64,000 bases of DNA, taken from contig CAWBZI010000004.1 in assembly GCA_963793265.1 (NCBI GenBank), positions 384,001 through 448,000 of the forward strand, in the 5' to 3' direction. This document shows, piece by piece, positions 30,801 to 40,216 of the stretch; the first letter of the stretch is position 1; each line of letters starts with the position of its first letter. The stretch comes from an uncultured cyanobacterium. Its GTDB lineage: Bacteria > Cyanobacteriota > Cyanobacteriia > Phormidesmidales > Phormidesmidaceae. The translations under genes and the position numbers were made by a program. The notes under the pieces are model-generated. The model saw only the letters and a program-made list of their open reading frames with translations. It ran no database searches and was not told the DNA's origin.

Positions 30801-33198
30801 GCGCTAGTTCGCCGATGGGAATAGATTGGTTGAAATCTACGCCGATGGTGCCGTTGGCGTCTATGCCGGGTGCGCTAAAGGAGTCAATGACGACGCGATC
30901 GCCCTGAAAGTCAAAAGCAGTCGTCCAAGTCCCTGGATCTATAACCGGCTCCTGAGAACCATTGACGTATACCTGCGCGTTCGCGATCGCCGCTGTTCCT
31001 TCTGCCTGAATCTCTTCTAAATCAAACCGACCTGACCGATTAACCAGATTCACATCAGCATTGAGCAAACCGGCAACCTCTACAGTTTCTTGAGCTGCGG
31101 GCGAAGCAAATCTATTCAGTGGGGCCAGATCAAATGAACGCAGTGCCACATTAAGATCAAAATTGCCAATAGGGATATCGTTGTCGAAGTCTACGCCGAC
31201 GATGCCATTAGCGCTGACACCAGGGGCGGTGAATGAGTTTACGGCAATGCGATCACCCTCCCATTCAAACGCCGTTCGCCAGGTTCCCGGCTCTATGACA
31301 GATTGGCGAGTGTCGTTGATATAGACTTCTGCATTAGCGATCGCTGCCGACCCCCTCGCCTCAATCTGTTCTAAATCCAGCTCATCAAACCGACCTGCCG
31401 CAAACAGATCCGCGCTCAACAAGCCCCTTGCCTGAGTCGTAAACTGATCAATCGGCACGCTATCAGTCGCCGCCGTTGCCTGCCAGATGCCCTCTTCTAA
31501 CCGGGCTACAGCCTCAGCCGTAATTGTGCCATCTGCGACCCGCAAACGAGTGTTGTCTAGCACCGCAACATTATCCGCAAACGTCAGCTCGCCGCGTCCT
31601 GGAAACGTAGACTCCGATAGCTGCCACTCAGCCGAAGCAATTGGAGACGCTAGCGTACCGTTTGCTTCTACATCAGCAGTTAAAAATCCAACAACAACAT
31701 CTTTTGGCAAACTAATTCCAAACGTTCCAACAACAGGATCAACGTCTAAATCAGCCTGCGCGGTTAGCTGAAAGCTAGGATTCTGCAAATCAGTCAGATT
31801 TGCCTCGCCGCTTGCTGTAACAGTGCCACCTTCCTGCGTCACCAGGCGAAGCTGCGTCAGATCAAACAGAAGCGGAATTTCGTCTGGATTCTCAGATAGT
31901 GCTTCAAATAAGGGCTGAGATGAGGAAAGGAGAAAGTCAGCAACCGCTGTTTCAATACCGACTCTATCAACTTGCAAAGGCTGCAAGTTTGCTAGCCGCC
32001 CTTTCACCTGCGGATCTTCTATCGCACCCGTTACTTGAGTTGTGAACTGGAAGCTACCGCTCGCCGCAACTGGCAATTCTAAATCGGCAAGGGTCTGCAC
32101 CTGCTCAATTGAAACGGCTGGAATCTGGGCCGTCAAATCGTAGCCTTCATCCACATCCGCATTACCGAAGGCAACTAGCGCAATCTCGCCAAAATCCAAG
32201 CCAGTGTCTTCAACGGTGACCCTTTTTCCTTTGAACTTAAGCCTGCTGCGAATATTGCTGAAAGTCTCTGGCACCTCGTCTACTTTGACTTCGCCCGCTC
32301 TCAAATCAACGGTGCCTCGCAAATCCAGAACCGACTCATCAAGTTTGTCGTCTTCAGTGAGCGCAGCTTCTACCTTTAAATTGCTGTTGAGCGTCCCTGA
32401 GCTGATGCCGACGCTATCAGGTAAAAGGAGATTAAACCCAGCAGTTGGGAGATTTTGCGATCGCACATTCGCCTTCACCGCCCGCTCGTCTAAATTCGCC
32501 TTTCCCTCAACATCAAACTCACCCGCCCGCTCCTCACCGCTTAGCTCACCACTCAGCTCAAAGTCAACCTGCTCAGACTCCTCGCCATAAAACGAAATCA
32601 GCACGTCCGTTTCAGTCGCTTCAAGCGGCTCTCTAGGCACCGTTACCTCAGCATCCTGCTCATATAATGAAGCCGTCAGCGTGGCATCTTGAACCTCAAT
32701 CGTCTCGATATCGAGCGTAATCAGCGGCTCTTTTCCCGAAGGCTCTGGCAGGCCAATTTGCAGCCACTGACCATCTTCTGATTGAGCGAGCGACACATCG
32801 GGCCGCACAAACGTAATTTTTGGTCTAAGGCTTCTTTGAAATACGAGCGATCGCACATCAGCCGTCACATCTACCGCATCTACCACGGCCGTAGACTCAT
32901 CGGTTGCTGTCGGCGGCATCGTTGTTGTGCCTAGCCTCACGCCCCACAGGTAAAACCGCTCTACTTCCCCTAGCTCAACGGGTCTATCAATCGTGTTTTC
33001 AATTTCGTCTTCAAGGCGAGGGAGCACGACCGCATTAACGAAGCGATCGCCCCAAATTACCGCCGCTAAACCCAACAGCGCCAAGATGCCGCCCGCACCA
33101 ACGCCTACCTTTAGCAGCAAAATGAGATACCGACGGCGCGGTGGACGCGGATTAGGCGTCGGATCAGGGGTAGGGTCGGGCGTTACAGGAAAACTCAA
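27814..33198 (-). CDS. tamB: Translocation/assembly module TamB (AsmA-like, DUF490) protein
   Basis: N-terminal TM anchor, long beta-rich body, and GTIELQSGLINLFSTRF..GLDPILDV..LEYNIDF C-terminus. Confidence 0.88.
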   Translation of the reverse strand: MSFPVTPDPTPDPTPNPRPPRRRYLILLLKVGVGAGGILALLGLAAVIWGDRFVNAVVLPRLEDEIENTIDRPVELGEVERFYLWGVRLGTTTMPPTATDESTAVVDAVDVTADVRSLVFQRSLRPKITFVRPDVSLAQSEDGQWLQIGLPEPSGKEPLITLDIETIEVQDATLTASLYEQDAEVTVPREPLEATETDVLISFYGEESEQVDFELSGELSGEERAGEFDVEGKANLDERAVKANVRSQNLPTAGFNLLLPDSVGISSGTLNSNLKVEAALTEDDKLDESVLDLRGTVDLRAGEVKVDEVPETFSNIRSRLKFKGKRVTVEDTGLDFGEIALVAFGNADVDEGYDLTAQIPAVSIEQVQTLADLELPVAASGSFQFTTQVTGAIEDPQVKGRLANLQPLQVDRVGIETAVADFLLSSSQPLFEALSENPDEIPLLFDLTQLRLVTQEGGTVTASGEANLTDLQNPSFQLTAQADLDVDPVVGTFGISLPKDVVVGFLTADVEANGTLASPIASAEWQLSESTFPGRGELTFADNVAVLDNTRLRVADGTITAEAVARLEEGIWQATAATDSVPIDQFTTQARGLLSADLFAAGRFDELDLEQIEARGSAAIANAEVYINDTRQSVIEPGTWRTAFEWEGDRIAVNSFTAPGVSANGIVGVDFDNDIPIGNFDLNVALRSFDLAPLNRFASPAAQETVEVAGLLNADVNLVNRSGRFDLEEIQAEGTAAIANAQVYVNGSQEPVIDPGTWTTAFDFQGDRVVIDSFSAPGIDANGTIGVDFNQSIPIGELALNVDLRSFELEPLNRFAPPTVQEYVQVAGLTSFDGRITGTLQDPRVAGSAQLNNLALNELLFEPLSGPVALSLSDGGSVDLQGPQDQIQLAVDEEAWPISFEVRNQEFVAKGYGEAGRRLHADILQLPLGALDIQPPAGSSLRASFGELRGLLNASLDADLKDFSNPIVEGEVTVIDPTINPIAAEKAFAAFRYANNTATLNQGELLLDDSQYLLNGSATLAPEIQYEGELTIPRGQIEDLVAIVESLDLSAFGPVDTTATGSAADLATTPVGLPETTFLNRLDSFVAFVENQPEDTDNTGSLVIPPLEDLDGEFTGAIKVAGSSLSPADLTADFDLQGNSWAWGTYTPPNQFVISGDVQQQTLSLDTFKIDAGETVVDATATASINRLEGRLVADNLPVELAELFYPLPVDVDGDLDVVTTFNGSLANPAVDGEVTIASAQVGEYPLDRVNADFSYRNAELALTGEAALEPTDEPITVSGNLLYGLPFMEVQPPVEQVRAIATVPSDSFDFINLLTEDRVRWESGAGEIVVQVDGSLQNPVVVGQASIREGLVSSTLLEDDLANINGNVQFDLTQVGIQQLQATMGDGQVSISGQLPLLASGQSILTGTNPQATGLPISNANGIAISLNDFPVDYEDKVEAVLMGQLLIAGAALTPVISGNIEIDDGQVQANRLLGEFGAIALPTEEEIEEVSPYRIEYLGLEASDLAEEKPAGFADDVVLQNLELAFGDRLNITGQPFYSITALGSLTVNGTLSDLRPEGTIELQSGLINLFSTRFRLDKNAPNTATFIPENGLDPILDVALKARVRNRQTTPAPPSVNGFATAETEISANVDTIGEVEFIRVEAIAQGPASDIIDNIVLTSNDSRSQNELLALLGRGAFSDVASGSLSQLTGFLGAGTLANIGNTIGDVVGLKSFSVFPTTDTSPGSSVGIGIGVEATAGIGNRFDISVLEILNNSTPPQLGIEYRFTDNLELRGSSNLDESDFSLEYNIDF

Positions 33199-33252
33199 AG
33201 GGGGCTACGGCAAAATAAGAAGCCGGTGACGGAGGCCATACCACAATACGCC

Positions 33253-33292
33253 AAAACAAAAATTCCTGTCGTAAGGAGAGTTACCACAGGAA
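33253..33292 (-). terminator. Intrinsic terminator after the 51-aa ORF
   Basis: TTCCTGTGGTAA/TTACGACAGGAA stem followed by TTTTTGTTTT. Confidence 0.65.
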
Positions 33293-33390
33293 GTTAAGAG
33301 TTATTAGATTGTAAATAGGCTAAACGCCAGCAAACCCAATCATTAGCGGGCTCAGACGCCAGCGTTAAGCTATAAATCTAACCAGCTTGT

Positions 33391-33546
33391 CTAACCAGCC
33401 TGGCTGGCAATCAAAGCGCCTAAACCAACAAGTGCGATGGTAATTTGCTCTTTGAGCTGCTGACTTTTCGCTTCAGGGGAAGGAGCCTGCGCTGAAATAA
33501 CAGCGACTTTTGCCTTCGACTGATTTTGAGAAGAAGCATTACGCAT
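33391..33546 (-). CDS. Unannotated 51-aa protein with a C-terminal hydrophobic segment
   Basis: ATG preceded by TGAGGA SD; MRNASSQ...EQITIALVGLGALIASQAG*; below the ORF-track cutoff. Confidence 0.6.
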   Translation of the reverse strand: MRNASSQNQSKAKVAVISAQAPSPEAKSQQLKEQITIALVGLGALIASQAG

Positions 33547-33753
33547 GTTTGTTATCCTCAATTTTGGTACCTGAGTTGCCTAAAGCGCTCTAAAAAGAAA
33601 CGGCTCTAGACAGCTCGGCCCTGTATTTATTAACAATATATGAATAAATGTAAATTGTGTAAGTACCTTTAGGTATATTTGCTGGTCGCCAGGCTGCGAT
33701 CGCCTATTTCAGAAGCGTTCGGCAATTATTAAATGAATCTAGAAGCTTGTAGC

Positions 33754-36700
33754 CTAATCCCAAGTTTCTAAAGCGGATGTCCAAGCGTCTAAACGACTGG
33801 TGACCTGCGATCGCCTTGACTCAAACGTCGCAGCTACCCAAATAAACACCAGGCCCAACACGATACCCACTGCCCACAGCAGTAAAGAATTTGCGCTAAT
33901 AAACAGCCACAGCACCCGAATTACTTGCAGTACAAAAGTGCCGGTACCGACATACAAAAACGCTCGAATCTTCAGCGCTAGCCCGGCGAAAATCAGTCCA
34001 ATGCACAGCGCCACTGTAATTGCGGCATACATCAACATCGAGTCGTGCGCTTCTGCTTGATAGAGCGCGGTAATTCCAATCAGCCCGCTTGCCAAAGTCC
34101 TTAGCCAGTGTCGCTCCTGCCGCTTTGAAAGCCCCTGTAAATAAGGATCGATTTCAACCACATAGAGAATAGACAGACTAGCAACCAAGCTGATTGTCAG
34201 CGCTGATATCCAACCCTGTTCGCCCAGATAGCGGAGCAGCGCCCAGTCAAATAGCAGCACGCTTAGATAGCTGAGCCTGGGGCGATCGCGCTGCTTTGCC
34301 ATCCATCCATAAAATGCACCCACTACCAGCAAACTATGCGTCGGCACCCGATAGCTCACCGCCACCGCTAATACTGAAAGCGGTAGCCATAAAGCTAACC
34401 ATCGCCACGGACGCAGCGGCCAGCCCCATTGCCGCCAGGGTGCGAGCTGCACCACAAAACTTCCAGCACAGGCTGCAATGCCGCCCCAGGTAATTAAAAA
34501 CAGGCGATCGGGGAACCACACGAGGCGATTGTGAACGGCGCAAAGCAGTCCGATCGCGATGCCTATTTCAGTCCAGCCGGTATAGGTAAGGAAAAATAGC
34601 TGGGGCGTCCAGCGATGGTTGCCGCTAATCAGCGCGTAGGCTGCTAATAAACCTGTCGCTACCGTCCAAAGCAAGATGCCGGTTGGCTGACTTAAGCCTG
34701 TGGTTGCAGCCAAAATGATGAGGAATCCGCCCAGCATCCAGTGGGTATTGGCAACAGAGCGCAATCCTTTAGGCGGAATTTGAAGGTATCGCAGCAGCCA
34801 AAAGCTGAGGAACTTTTCGATGAATGCGATCGCCAGTGCCAACACCGCCAGTATCGTAAATCCATCTCCTGCCGCGCCGCCGCTAGCCTGCATCATCTGA
34901 TAAATCAGCAGCTCATAGGCTCCCACAGATAGGGTAAATAAGCCGATGTAGCTCAGGGCGTTTAAGCTCGTTTGACGGCGACCGACACCGATTGCGATCG
35001 CCCCTACAAAAATCGTAAACAGCCCCGTATTCGGCCCAAAGTCGCCATACCAAAAGTAGCTGTGCCCAAAGAACAAACCCAGCAGTGCAAACGCCATCGG
35101 AATGCCGTGCCAGCTCTGCCGATAGGGCGGTTTTTTCAGCACCCACACATCCGCTGAAATCTGCGCAATCAACCCCAGTGCCAAAGTCGCCACCGCAATG
35201 CCCTCTGCATCTAGCCCACGCAGCGCCAGTCCCAGCACCACCACAATCTCAACGGCCCAAGCCAAACTCCAATAGCGCCACTCAGCCGGTCTGTGCCGAA
35301 TAGACTCCAACAAAGCCGCTAGCAACAGCGCCATTGCCGCTAATATATAGCGCAATCCTGCCTGCTGAGAGCCAACGAGTTCAGCGGTGATTGAATCGGG
35401 CGCAATCCCATAAACCGCATGAGAGAGCACCAGGCTAGAAACCAAAGAGCCCCACAGCAGCAGGCCACCCATCAACACAAGGCTCCAGCTTTGAACTGCA
35501 AACTGATAGAGATCTCGCAGCTCGCCCGAACGCCCGTCCAGCCTTCGCTTTAGCAGCCACAGTCCCCAAATCACCAAGGCCCACACCAGCATCATTCGCC
35601 CGGCGCTATGGCTCAGCCGCATAATCACGACATACCAAAGGCTGCTAGTTACAAGGGCAATCCCTGCGCCCACCGTAAAGAGCGCTGATATTCTGTTTTG
35701 CAGAATGCGGCTGTTGAGTGCCATGCAAACGGTGCTGACGGCAAAAGTAGCGATCGCCCCCGGCCAGCTCACCATCCACACGGTCTGCATCACCAGCGCC
35801 ACCATTGCAAATGTAGCGGTTTCTTTTGGTTGAATCGCTTCCTGCCGATTCGCTAGATACGTGAGTGCTACCGGCACTATCAGCCAGCTATAAACAGGTG
35901 AGCCATTCCAGTTGGCGAGCAACAATCCATAGCTAAGTGCAGAGAGCAGCAGACCTGCGTGCCAAGTGCTCAATCGCCAGTGCTCTTGCTGTATGCGTGT
36001 GTGAATAAGGAGTTCAGCGATCGCCCCTCCTAAAACAACATAGGCCCATTGGCCTACACTTAATCCCGGTATGAGGTAGTCGATCCAAGCCGCTATTGTC
36101 AGCAAACCCGCCGTGTGAGTAAGCGTTACAAATTCAATAGAAGATTCTCTACGACGCAGCAATACTATCAGCACTGTCGTCGAAAGCAACAGATTCATCG
36201 CCGCTGTAAAGCTATTGCTCGCACTCATTACTGACAAGATAGCGCCTGCTCCTAACGCTAGATATTCTGTTGTAGCTGATAGCTCAGCTTGCTGATACCG
36301 CCGTCGTAACTGCCGTGCAAAGAGCAGCAGACAGAGTACGAAAGGAAAAAATCCCAGGCTCAACCATGCATATCTACCAATAGGTTCAGATGATAGCTGC
36401 GCCGCTAAGCGCGTGAGTACCGTATCTCGGGTTGAGGCTGGAATCACCTCTGCGCCTAGCCAATAGATTTGGGCTGCGATCGCCAGCAACAGCAGCAAAG
36501 TATCCTGCTGCCAGTTCACTTTGAGACGATCCCAAACTAGCCATAGGGCTAAGAAGCTGACTGCGATCGCCTGCAAGGGGGGCTGTTGCGTAACGCACAG
36601 CAGCCAGCCTACGCCTACTAGCGCCGCGCCGATACCACTCCCCAACCGCCGACTCGGCTGACGGCGTGTCATCCACACCAACAGCCAGCCACAAATACCA

Positions 36701-37617
36701 GCGGCCAGCCCTAGCTGATTGGGCGGTACCTGCGTGATGAACAGGCTGCGAAATAATAGGATAAAAGCGGAAAGGGCGACTGCTAGAACGTCAAAAGAAA
36801 GGAGAGGCGATCGCCCGGTGCCAGCTTCAGCGATAGACTGCCGATCTTGATTAGCCAAGTTAGCCGCTGTACTCACCGTCCCTATATACGTTGCCGCTAC
36901 AGGCCACAAAGCTAACCCACCAAACAGCCAACCCCAGTGCAGCCAGCTCAACGCAACCAAATTTATCTGATTCGACCGGCAGCTCAACAGATTCATCGGC
37001 AAACAGCTCAGCAAGAGCGCTGAAAGCCCGCCTACAGCGATACCCACAGGGCTTTTTAGCACGCCTAGCGCATCCATCATCCAAAAGTTAATTGGAATCA
37101 GCAGCAGCGTCGTCAACGCCAGCATTCTTGCCGTTGCCCGCAGATTCTCCCTGTGCCCTGTCCAAACGCTCGCGCCCCAAAAAGCTAAGGTATAGGCCAG
37201 CAAAACGGCATACTGTCCAACCGAAGAAAACGACTGCCATTGACTTGCAGCTAGTAAGCCCGAAGAGGCAATAACAAGAAATACGCCTAAAAAGAGCAGC
37301 CAAATAACGCTAATTTCGTCTAGTAGCGCGCGCAGTGCTAGTCCTATCTTGCGCGGCTTTTGTCGTTTCTTTTCTTTAACGGCTCTAGATATCGAGCTTT
37401 CTTCAGTGCTCTCAAAATCAGGATCAATAAAATCTCGAACAAGTGACGGTCTAAACTGGTTCGAGTTAACTTGAACAACCGGCTCGCTCAGTTCCTTAGC
37501 AATTTGAAGAATTTGCCAGTCTTGCAGTAGGCCCAGCTTGACCCAGCTATCGAGGCCCGATAGGAGGTGCGATCGCGCATGTTCAGAGTCTAGATTGAGT
37601 CGAATATCGAGCCGCAT
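33754..37617 (-). CDS. Large polytopic membrane protein (DUF2157-like)
   Basis: More than 30 hydrophobic segments; WLLFLGVFLV..SGLLAASQW; WVAATFESRR C-terminus. Confidence 0.8.
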   Translation of the reverse strand: MRLDIRLNLDSEHARSHLLSGLDSWVKLGLLQDWQILQIAKELSEPVVQVNSNQFRPSLVRDFIDPDFESTEESSISRAVKEKKRQKPRKIGLALRALLDEISVIWLLFLGVFLVIASSGLLAASQWQSFSSVGQYAVLLAYTLAFWGASVWTGHRENLRATARMLALTTLLLIPINFWMMDALGVLKSPVGIAVGGLSALLLSCLPMNLLSCRSNQINLVALSWLHWGWLFGGLALWPVAATYIGTVSTAANLANQDRQSIAEAGTGRSPLLSFDVLAVALSAFILLFRSLFITQVPPNQLGLAAGICGWLLVWMTRRQPSRRLGSGIGAALVGVGWLLCVTQQPPLQAIAVSFLALWLVWDRLKVNWQQDTLLLLLAIAAQIYWLGAEVIPASTRDTVLTRLAAQLSSEPIGRYAWLSLGFFPFVLCLLLFARQLRRRYQQAELSATTEYLALGAGAILSVMSASNSFTAAMNLLLSTTVLIVLLRRRESSIEFVTLTHTAGLLTIAAWIDYLIPGLSVGQWAYVVLGGAIAELLIHTRIQQEHWRLSTWHAGLLLSALSYGLLLANWNGSPVYSWLIVPVALTYLANRQEAIQPKETATFAMVALVMQTVWMVSWPGAIATFAVSTVCMALNSRILQNRISALFTVGAGIALVTSSLWYVVIMRLSHSAGRMMLVWALVIWGLWLLKRRLDGRSGELRDLYQFAVQSWSLVLMGGLLLWGSLVSSLVLSHAVYGIAPDSITAELVGSQQAGLRYILAAMALLLAALLESIRHRPAEWRYWSLAWAVEIVVVLGLALRGLDAEGIAVATLALGLIAQISADVWVLKKPPYRQSWHGIPMAFALLGLFFGHSYFWYGDFGPNTGLFTIFVGAIAIGVGRRQTSLNALSYIGLFTLSVGAYELLIYQMMQASGGAAGDGFTILAVLALAIAFIEKFLSFWLLRYLQIPPKGLRSVANTHWMLGGFLIILAATTGLSQPTGILLWTVATGLLAAYALISGNHRWTPQLFFLTYTGWTEIGIAIGLLCAVHNRLVWFPDRLFLITWGGIAACAGSFVVQLAPWRQWGWPLRPWRWLALWLPLSVLAVAVSYRVPTHSLLVVGAFYGWMAKQRDRPRLSYLSVLLFDWALLRYLGEQGWISALTISLVASLSILYVVEIDPYLQGLSKRQERHWLRTLASGLIGITALYQAEAHDSMLMYAAITVALCIGLIFAGLALKIRAFLYVGTGTFVLQVIRVLWLFISANSLLLWAVGIVLGLVFIWVAATFESRRSQVTSRLDAWTSALETWD

Positions 37618-37714
37618 AACTAAAATTCCTTAGCTGCCGACCAGCATAAGCGCGCAGCAACACCAGTTCGACAATTTATAACCAGATTTTGAAACGTCCA
37701 CGCAGCGTTGCCAT

Positions 37715-37754
37715 AAAAAAAGCCCTGAAATTGGTCAAGATCTCAGGGCTTTTT
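37715..37754. terminator. Terminator downstream of desB (A/T tails on both sides)
   Basis: AAAAAGCCCTGA...TCAGGGCTTTTT. Confidence 0.75.
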
Positions 37755-37784
37755 ATCAATCTATTTGCTGATCAAACGCAAGTT

Positions 37785-38840
37785 TTACCGGCGCTGATAA
37801 TACACTTTCTGACCTTCGTTAGGCACATAAATGCAGGCTCTAGCAGAGTTCCAAAGGCTTACCAAAATGGATTCCTTAGACTCTCTAAAATAGTCTCCCA
37901 TAATGGGCTTAATCGCCGCTGTTGCATCTTTCAGGTAATAGTGAGGCATATTCAAAAATACGTGATGCGCAACGTGCGTACCAATATTGTGATGAATACT
38001 ATTGAAAATGCCGTAGTCGCGGTCAATCGTTGAGACTGCGCCTTTCAAAAAGTACCAGCTATCGTTACGGTACCAGGGAATATCAGCTTCGGTGTGATGT
38101 AAGAAGGTGACTAAATCTAGCCAAACAACAAACACCAGGTAAGGCATGATGTAGTAGTTAAACAAGAACAAAGGGCCGACAGCAAAGCCAATCCAGGCTA
38201 GAAAACCAACAAACAGTGCAATGCAGGTAGTACTGGTGATAACGTCCCACTTTTCCGAAGGGCGAAAGAGGGGGCTGCTAGGCAAAAAGTGAGAACCTTG
38301 ACGACCGGGAGAGCGAAAGAACAGATAAAACGGATAGGCAAACAAAAAGAACCCAAACCGAAGTGCTTTGGCCGCAGGCCCCATTTCGTCATAGGTGTCT
38401 TTAGAGATGGGATACCAGCTTTCATCGGTGTCGATATTGCCGGTATTGGCATGGTGCGTACGGTGGCTAATGCGCCAGCCGTGATAGGGCACCAAAATTG
38501 GCGTATGGGTGAGATGTCCGATCAGATTATTTAGCCACTTGTGCTTAGAAAATGAGCCGTGACCGCAGTCGTGTCCTACGACAAACAGCGCCCAAAACAT
38601 GGTGCCTTGCGCAACCCAGAAGAGTGGGAAAAATAGCCAGGAATTGATGTCATATGCCAGTGCATACAGCCCGGCAACGATTCCGATATCGAGGAAAAAG
38701 TAAGCCAAAGAACGAGCCGCAGAAGGCTGGAAACAGTAGTCTGGAATGGCCTCTTTAAGATCTTTGAGGGTGAAAGGGAGATCTGGCTCTAGAGACTCTG
38801 GAGAAAAGGGCGGAATAGCTGGCTGAGTACTTAATTGCAC
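37785..38840 (-). CDS. desB: Omega-3 (delta-15) acyl-lipid desaturase
   Basis: His boxes HDCGH, HRTHH and HVAHH; FWALFVVG and ILVPYHGWRISH. Confidence 0.92.
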   Translation of the reverse strand: MQLSTQPAIPPFSPESLEPDLPFTLKDLKEAIPDYCFQPSAARSLAYFFLDIGIVAGLYALAYDINSWLFFPLFWVAQGTMFWALFVVGHDCGHGSFSKHKWLNNLIGHLTHTPILVPYHGWRISHRTHHANTGNIDTDESWYPISKDTYDEMGPAAKALRFGFFLFAYPFYLFFRSPGRQGSHFLPSSPLFRPSEKWDVITSTTCIALFVGFLAWIGFAVGPLFLFNYYIMPYLVFVVWLDLVTFLHHTEADIPWYRNDSWYFLKGAVSTIDRDYGIFNSIHHNIGTHVAHHVFLNMPHYYLKDATAAIKPIMGDYFRESKESILVSLWNSARACIYVPNEGQKVYYQRR

Positions 38841-38953
38841 GTATTACCTATTTATTGAAACACTAAAATCTCAGGCGGCTGAATGATCTTCTGATTGCAC
38901 CAAGGCAGATGCCAGGGCTATGAAGAAGGATTTTTCAGGGCTCTAAGATTCTA

Positions 38954-38971
38954 TTTACAAAGCTTCACAAT
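38954..38971 (+). promoter_or_regulatory. HLR1-like (RpaB) direct repeat in the desB/cruF divergent region
   Basis: TTTACAAA-GC-TTCACAAT versus consensus KTTACAWW-N2-KTTACAWW (1 mismatch). Confidence 0.55.
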
Positions 38972-39304
38972 ACTACATTCCGTACTAGCATTCCCATCAA
39001 TCAAAATTGAAATAAGCTTTTTTGATATTTTCGGATCAAATCTTTAGTACTGGCTTTCCTAGTACTACTTTTTATTACAGCGGCTAACCGAAAGGCTCTA
39101 GCTATTGCGGTAACGGGATTCTCCCGATTTTATTAATTTTTGACAGCAAAATTGTTGTTACATTTGGGCAGGGCAAGCGCAGCAGCTCAGTAAAATCTCT
39201 AACCTTTGCCCCATGCAAAGATGAGCTGTCCTCCTGTAGCCTTACTTACTATTCTTTGGGCTAACGCCCCAACGTTTCTAATTTTTTCAAGAGCTTCAAA
39301 CCTT

Positions 39305-40216
39305 ATGAAATCTCTCGCGATCGCTCAGCGCGTATGCTTTTCAACGCATATTGCTGCGCTAGTATTCGGGCTTGCAGGTCTACTATTCGTCCTTCCCAAC
39401 GTAGAATTTATTGCGGCCCTTCCTGAAATTGGTCGCACAGCCTTTCGCTGGTCAATGGCTGGCGGCGGCGCTGTCTATATGCTCGCAGGGGCATTAGCTG
39501 TCGGTATTTACGCCTACCGTCAGCTCGGCGCATGGCACTGCCTCAGCTTTGCCATCCCCGCCCTCACCCTTTCGCTGGGCGCTGAGCTGCTGGGAACCAG
39601 CACAGGCTTTCCCTTTGGCGACTATCACTACCTCACTGGCCTCGGCTACAAAGTCGCTGGGCTAGTGCCTTTCACTATTCCGCTCTCGTGGTTTTATCTA
39701 GGCTTTAGCGCTTATTTGATCGCCTATATGGGATTTAAGACGGTGGTGGGCGATCGCCTCTCCGAACTCGGGGCCATCATCGTCGGCTCCGTCCTCCTCA
39801 CCGCCTGGGACTTCGTGCTCGACCCGGCCATGAGCCAAACCACTATGCCATTTTGGGCGTGGGATCAGCCGGGTGCTTTCTTCGGAATGCCCTATCAAAA
39901 CTTTGCAGGCTGGTTTGGTACAGGCGTCGTCTTTATGAGCGTCGCTACCCTGCTCTGGCGAATGCAGCCTAAAAAGTGGGCCGATAGCATCTCCCTAGAG
40001 CTACCGCTAAACATCTACATAGCCAACTTTATTTTTGCCATGCTCATCAGCATCGACGGTAAGATCTACCCCCCTATCTTCCTCGGCCTGCTGCTAGGCG
40101 TTCTCCCGCTCATCGTGCTCTACCGGCTTGCCACCAAAGAAGAAAGACTTTCTCACGAATCTCAGTGGCCCCGGCATATTGGCCTGGTCACCTCTGCCTT
40201 TAAAGGCTCCGAATGA
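39305..40216 (+). CDS. cruF: Gamma-carotene 1'-hydroxylase
   Basis: ELLGTSTGFPFG, LVPFTIPLSWFY, AWDFVLDPAM and GMPYQNFAGW; overlaps cruG. Confidence 0.9.
   Translation: MKSLAIAQRVCFSTHIAALVFGLAGLLFVLPNVEFIAALPEIGRTAFRWSMAGGGAVYMLAGALAVGIYAYRQLGAWHCLSFAIPALTLSLGAELLGTSTGFPFGDYHYLTGLGYKVAGLVPFTIPLSWFYLGFSAYLIAYMGFKTVVGDRLSELGAIIVGSVLLTAWDFVLDPAMSQTTMPFWAWDQPGAFFGMPYQNFAGWFGTGVVFMSVATLLWRMQPKKWADSISLELPLNIYIANFIFAMLISIDGKIYPPIFLGLLLGVLPLIVLYRLATKEERLSHESQWPRHIGLVTSAFKGSE

Noticed and set aside
33647..33663. HLR1 site upstream of the 51-aa ORF (two TTACA on the minus strand)
   Set aside because: The period is 9 nt rather than the 10 nt of HLR1
39078..39130. Possible riboswitch upstream of cruF (CCGAAAGG hairpin)
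   Set aside because: Only a short GNRA hairpin; no full riboswitch consensus recognised
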